Part shown: positions 47,218 to 47,363 of the stretch, in pieces
How positions within the stretch are numbered: the stretch's first letter is position 1
How the letters are laid out: each line of letters starts with the position of its first letter
Source: Candidatus Woesearchaeota archaeon
GTDB lineage: Archaea; Nanobdellota; Nanobdellia; UBA10117; JABICX01
Assembly (NCBI GenBank): GCA_964435825.1
Contig: CAYTAB010000001.1
Span: 1-47,363, forward strand
Length of the DNA stretch: 47,363 bases
Reading direction: 5' to 3'
Program-made: the position numbers and the translations under genes
Notes under the pieces: generated by a model
Database searches by the model: none
Seen by the model: the letters and a program-made list of their open reading frames with translations, nothing else
What the model was told of the DNA's origin: nothing

Positions 47218-47363
47218 ATGCACGATCAAATCTATGCAAATGAAATTATCCGAGAAGCAGAATCTTATGGAAGAGTAAAGACAATTTCACTTGAAGTTGG
47301 AAAACTTGCAGCAATTGAAGCAGGTGTTCTTGAAAGAGCAGTTAAAAATTTAAGACCTGGATG
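47218..47363 (+). CDS. hypA: Probable hydrogenase nickel-insertion protein HypA, 3'-truncated by the window edge
   Basis: Hand translation gives MHDQIYANEIIREAESYGRVKTISLEVGKLAAIEAGVLERAVKNLRPG. This fits the HypA N-terminal pattern (MHE...A..I...A...g...V..I.L.iG.L). Confidence 0.5.
   Translation, partial: MHDQIYANEIIREAESYGRVKTISLEVGKLAAIEAGVLERAVKNLRPG

Noticed and set aside
1-47363. Search for mobile elements, prophage or defence islands
   Set aside because: No transposase, integrase, recombinase, reverse transcriptase, restriction-modification, toxin-antitoxin or cas-like signature was recognised in any frame. No long terminal inverted or direct repeats were seen beyond the two short duplications reported above.

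Overview
AT-rich, very gene-dense archaeal sequence. Archaeal markers are exosome Rrp4/41/42, proteasome alpha, RNase P proteins, L7Ae/S28e/L24e/L15e, EndA and RpoK. GGAGG-type SD sites, leaderless-looking genes and 1-13 nt start/stop overlaps are frequent. Composition, small protein sizes and the fermentative gene set suggest a reduced-genome DPANN-type archaeon (inference only). Layout: 1-6395, three tandem genes for large acidic, TM-anchored surface proteins. 6.4-13.5 kb, RNase Z, tRNA-splicing endonuclease, GlyRS, an M50 protease and several ORFans. 13.6-17.9 kb, a Cys-rich mini-protein followed by a 1325-aa subtilase. 18.1-26.7 kb, an information-processing block (L15e-Rpp30; Pop5-PsmA-SBDS-Rrp4-Rrp41-Rrp42-RpoK-S2-small ORF-beta-CASP RNase; L7Ae-S28e-L24e). 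26.8-32.8 kb, TyrRS-GluRS and an atypical class III ribonucleotide reductase locus. 33.0-40.6 kb, a PorGDAB / GltB-like / ferredoxin operon plus ADP-forming acetyl-CoA synthetase. 40.7-47.4 kb, an HExxH protein, APC permease, M32 carboxypeptidase, aminotransferase, a COG2403-type P-loop protein and the start of hypA. No rRNA, tRNA, CRISPR array, transposase or integrase was recognised. Most notable observations: (1) a complete NrdR repressor module fused in frame to the N-terminus of NrdD. (2) The NrdD glycyl-radical tail is encoded as a separate SD-led 68-codon ORF, although a homopolymer indel is an alternative explanation. (3) A membrane-anchored 12-Cys mini-protein is coupled to a giant, sequon-rich subtilase that has a ~250-aa insert between the catalytic Asp and His. 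(4) A six-gene PFOR - GltB-like flavoenzyme - ferredoxin operon. (5) A surface-protein cluster with unusually long polybasic cytoplasmic tails. (6) A degenerate ~100-nt tandem duplication of a promoter plus 5' coding end that keeps a perfect GC-rich 23-mer. RpoK and two other small ORFs are missing from the supplied ORF track because they fall below its length cut-off.
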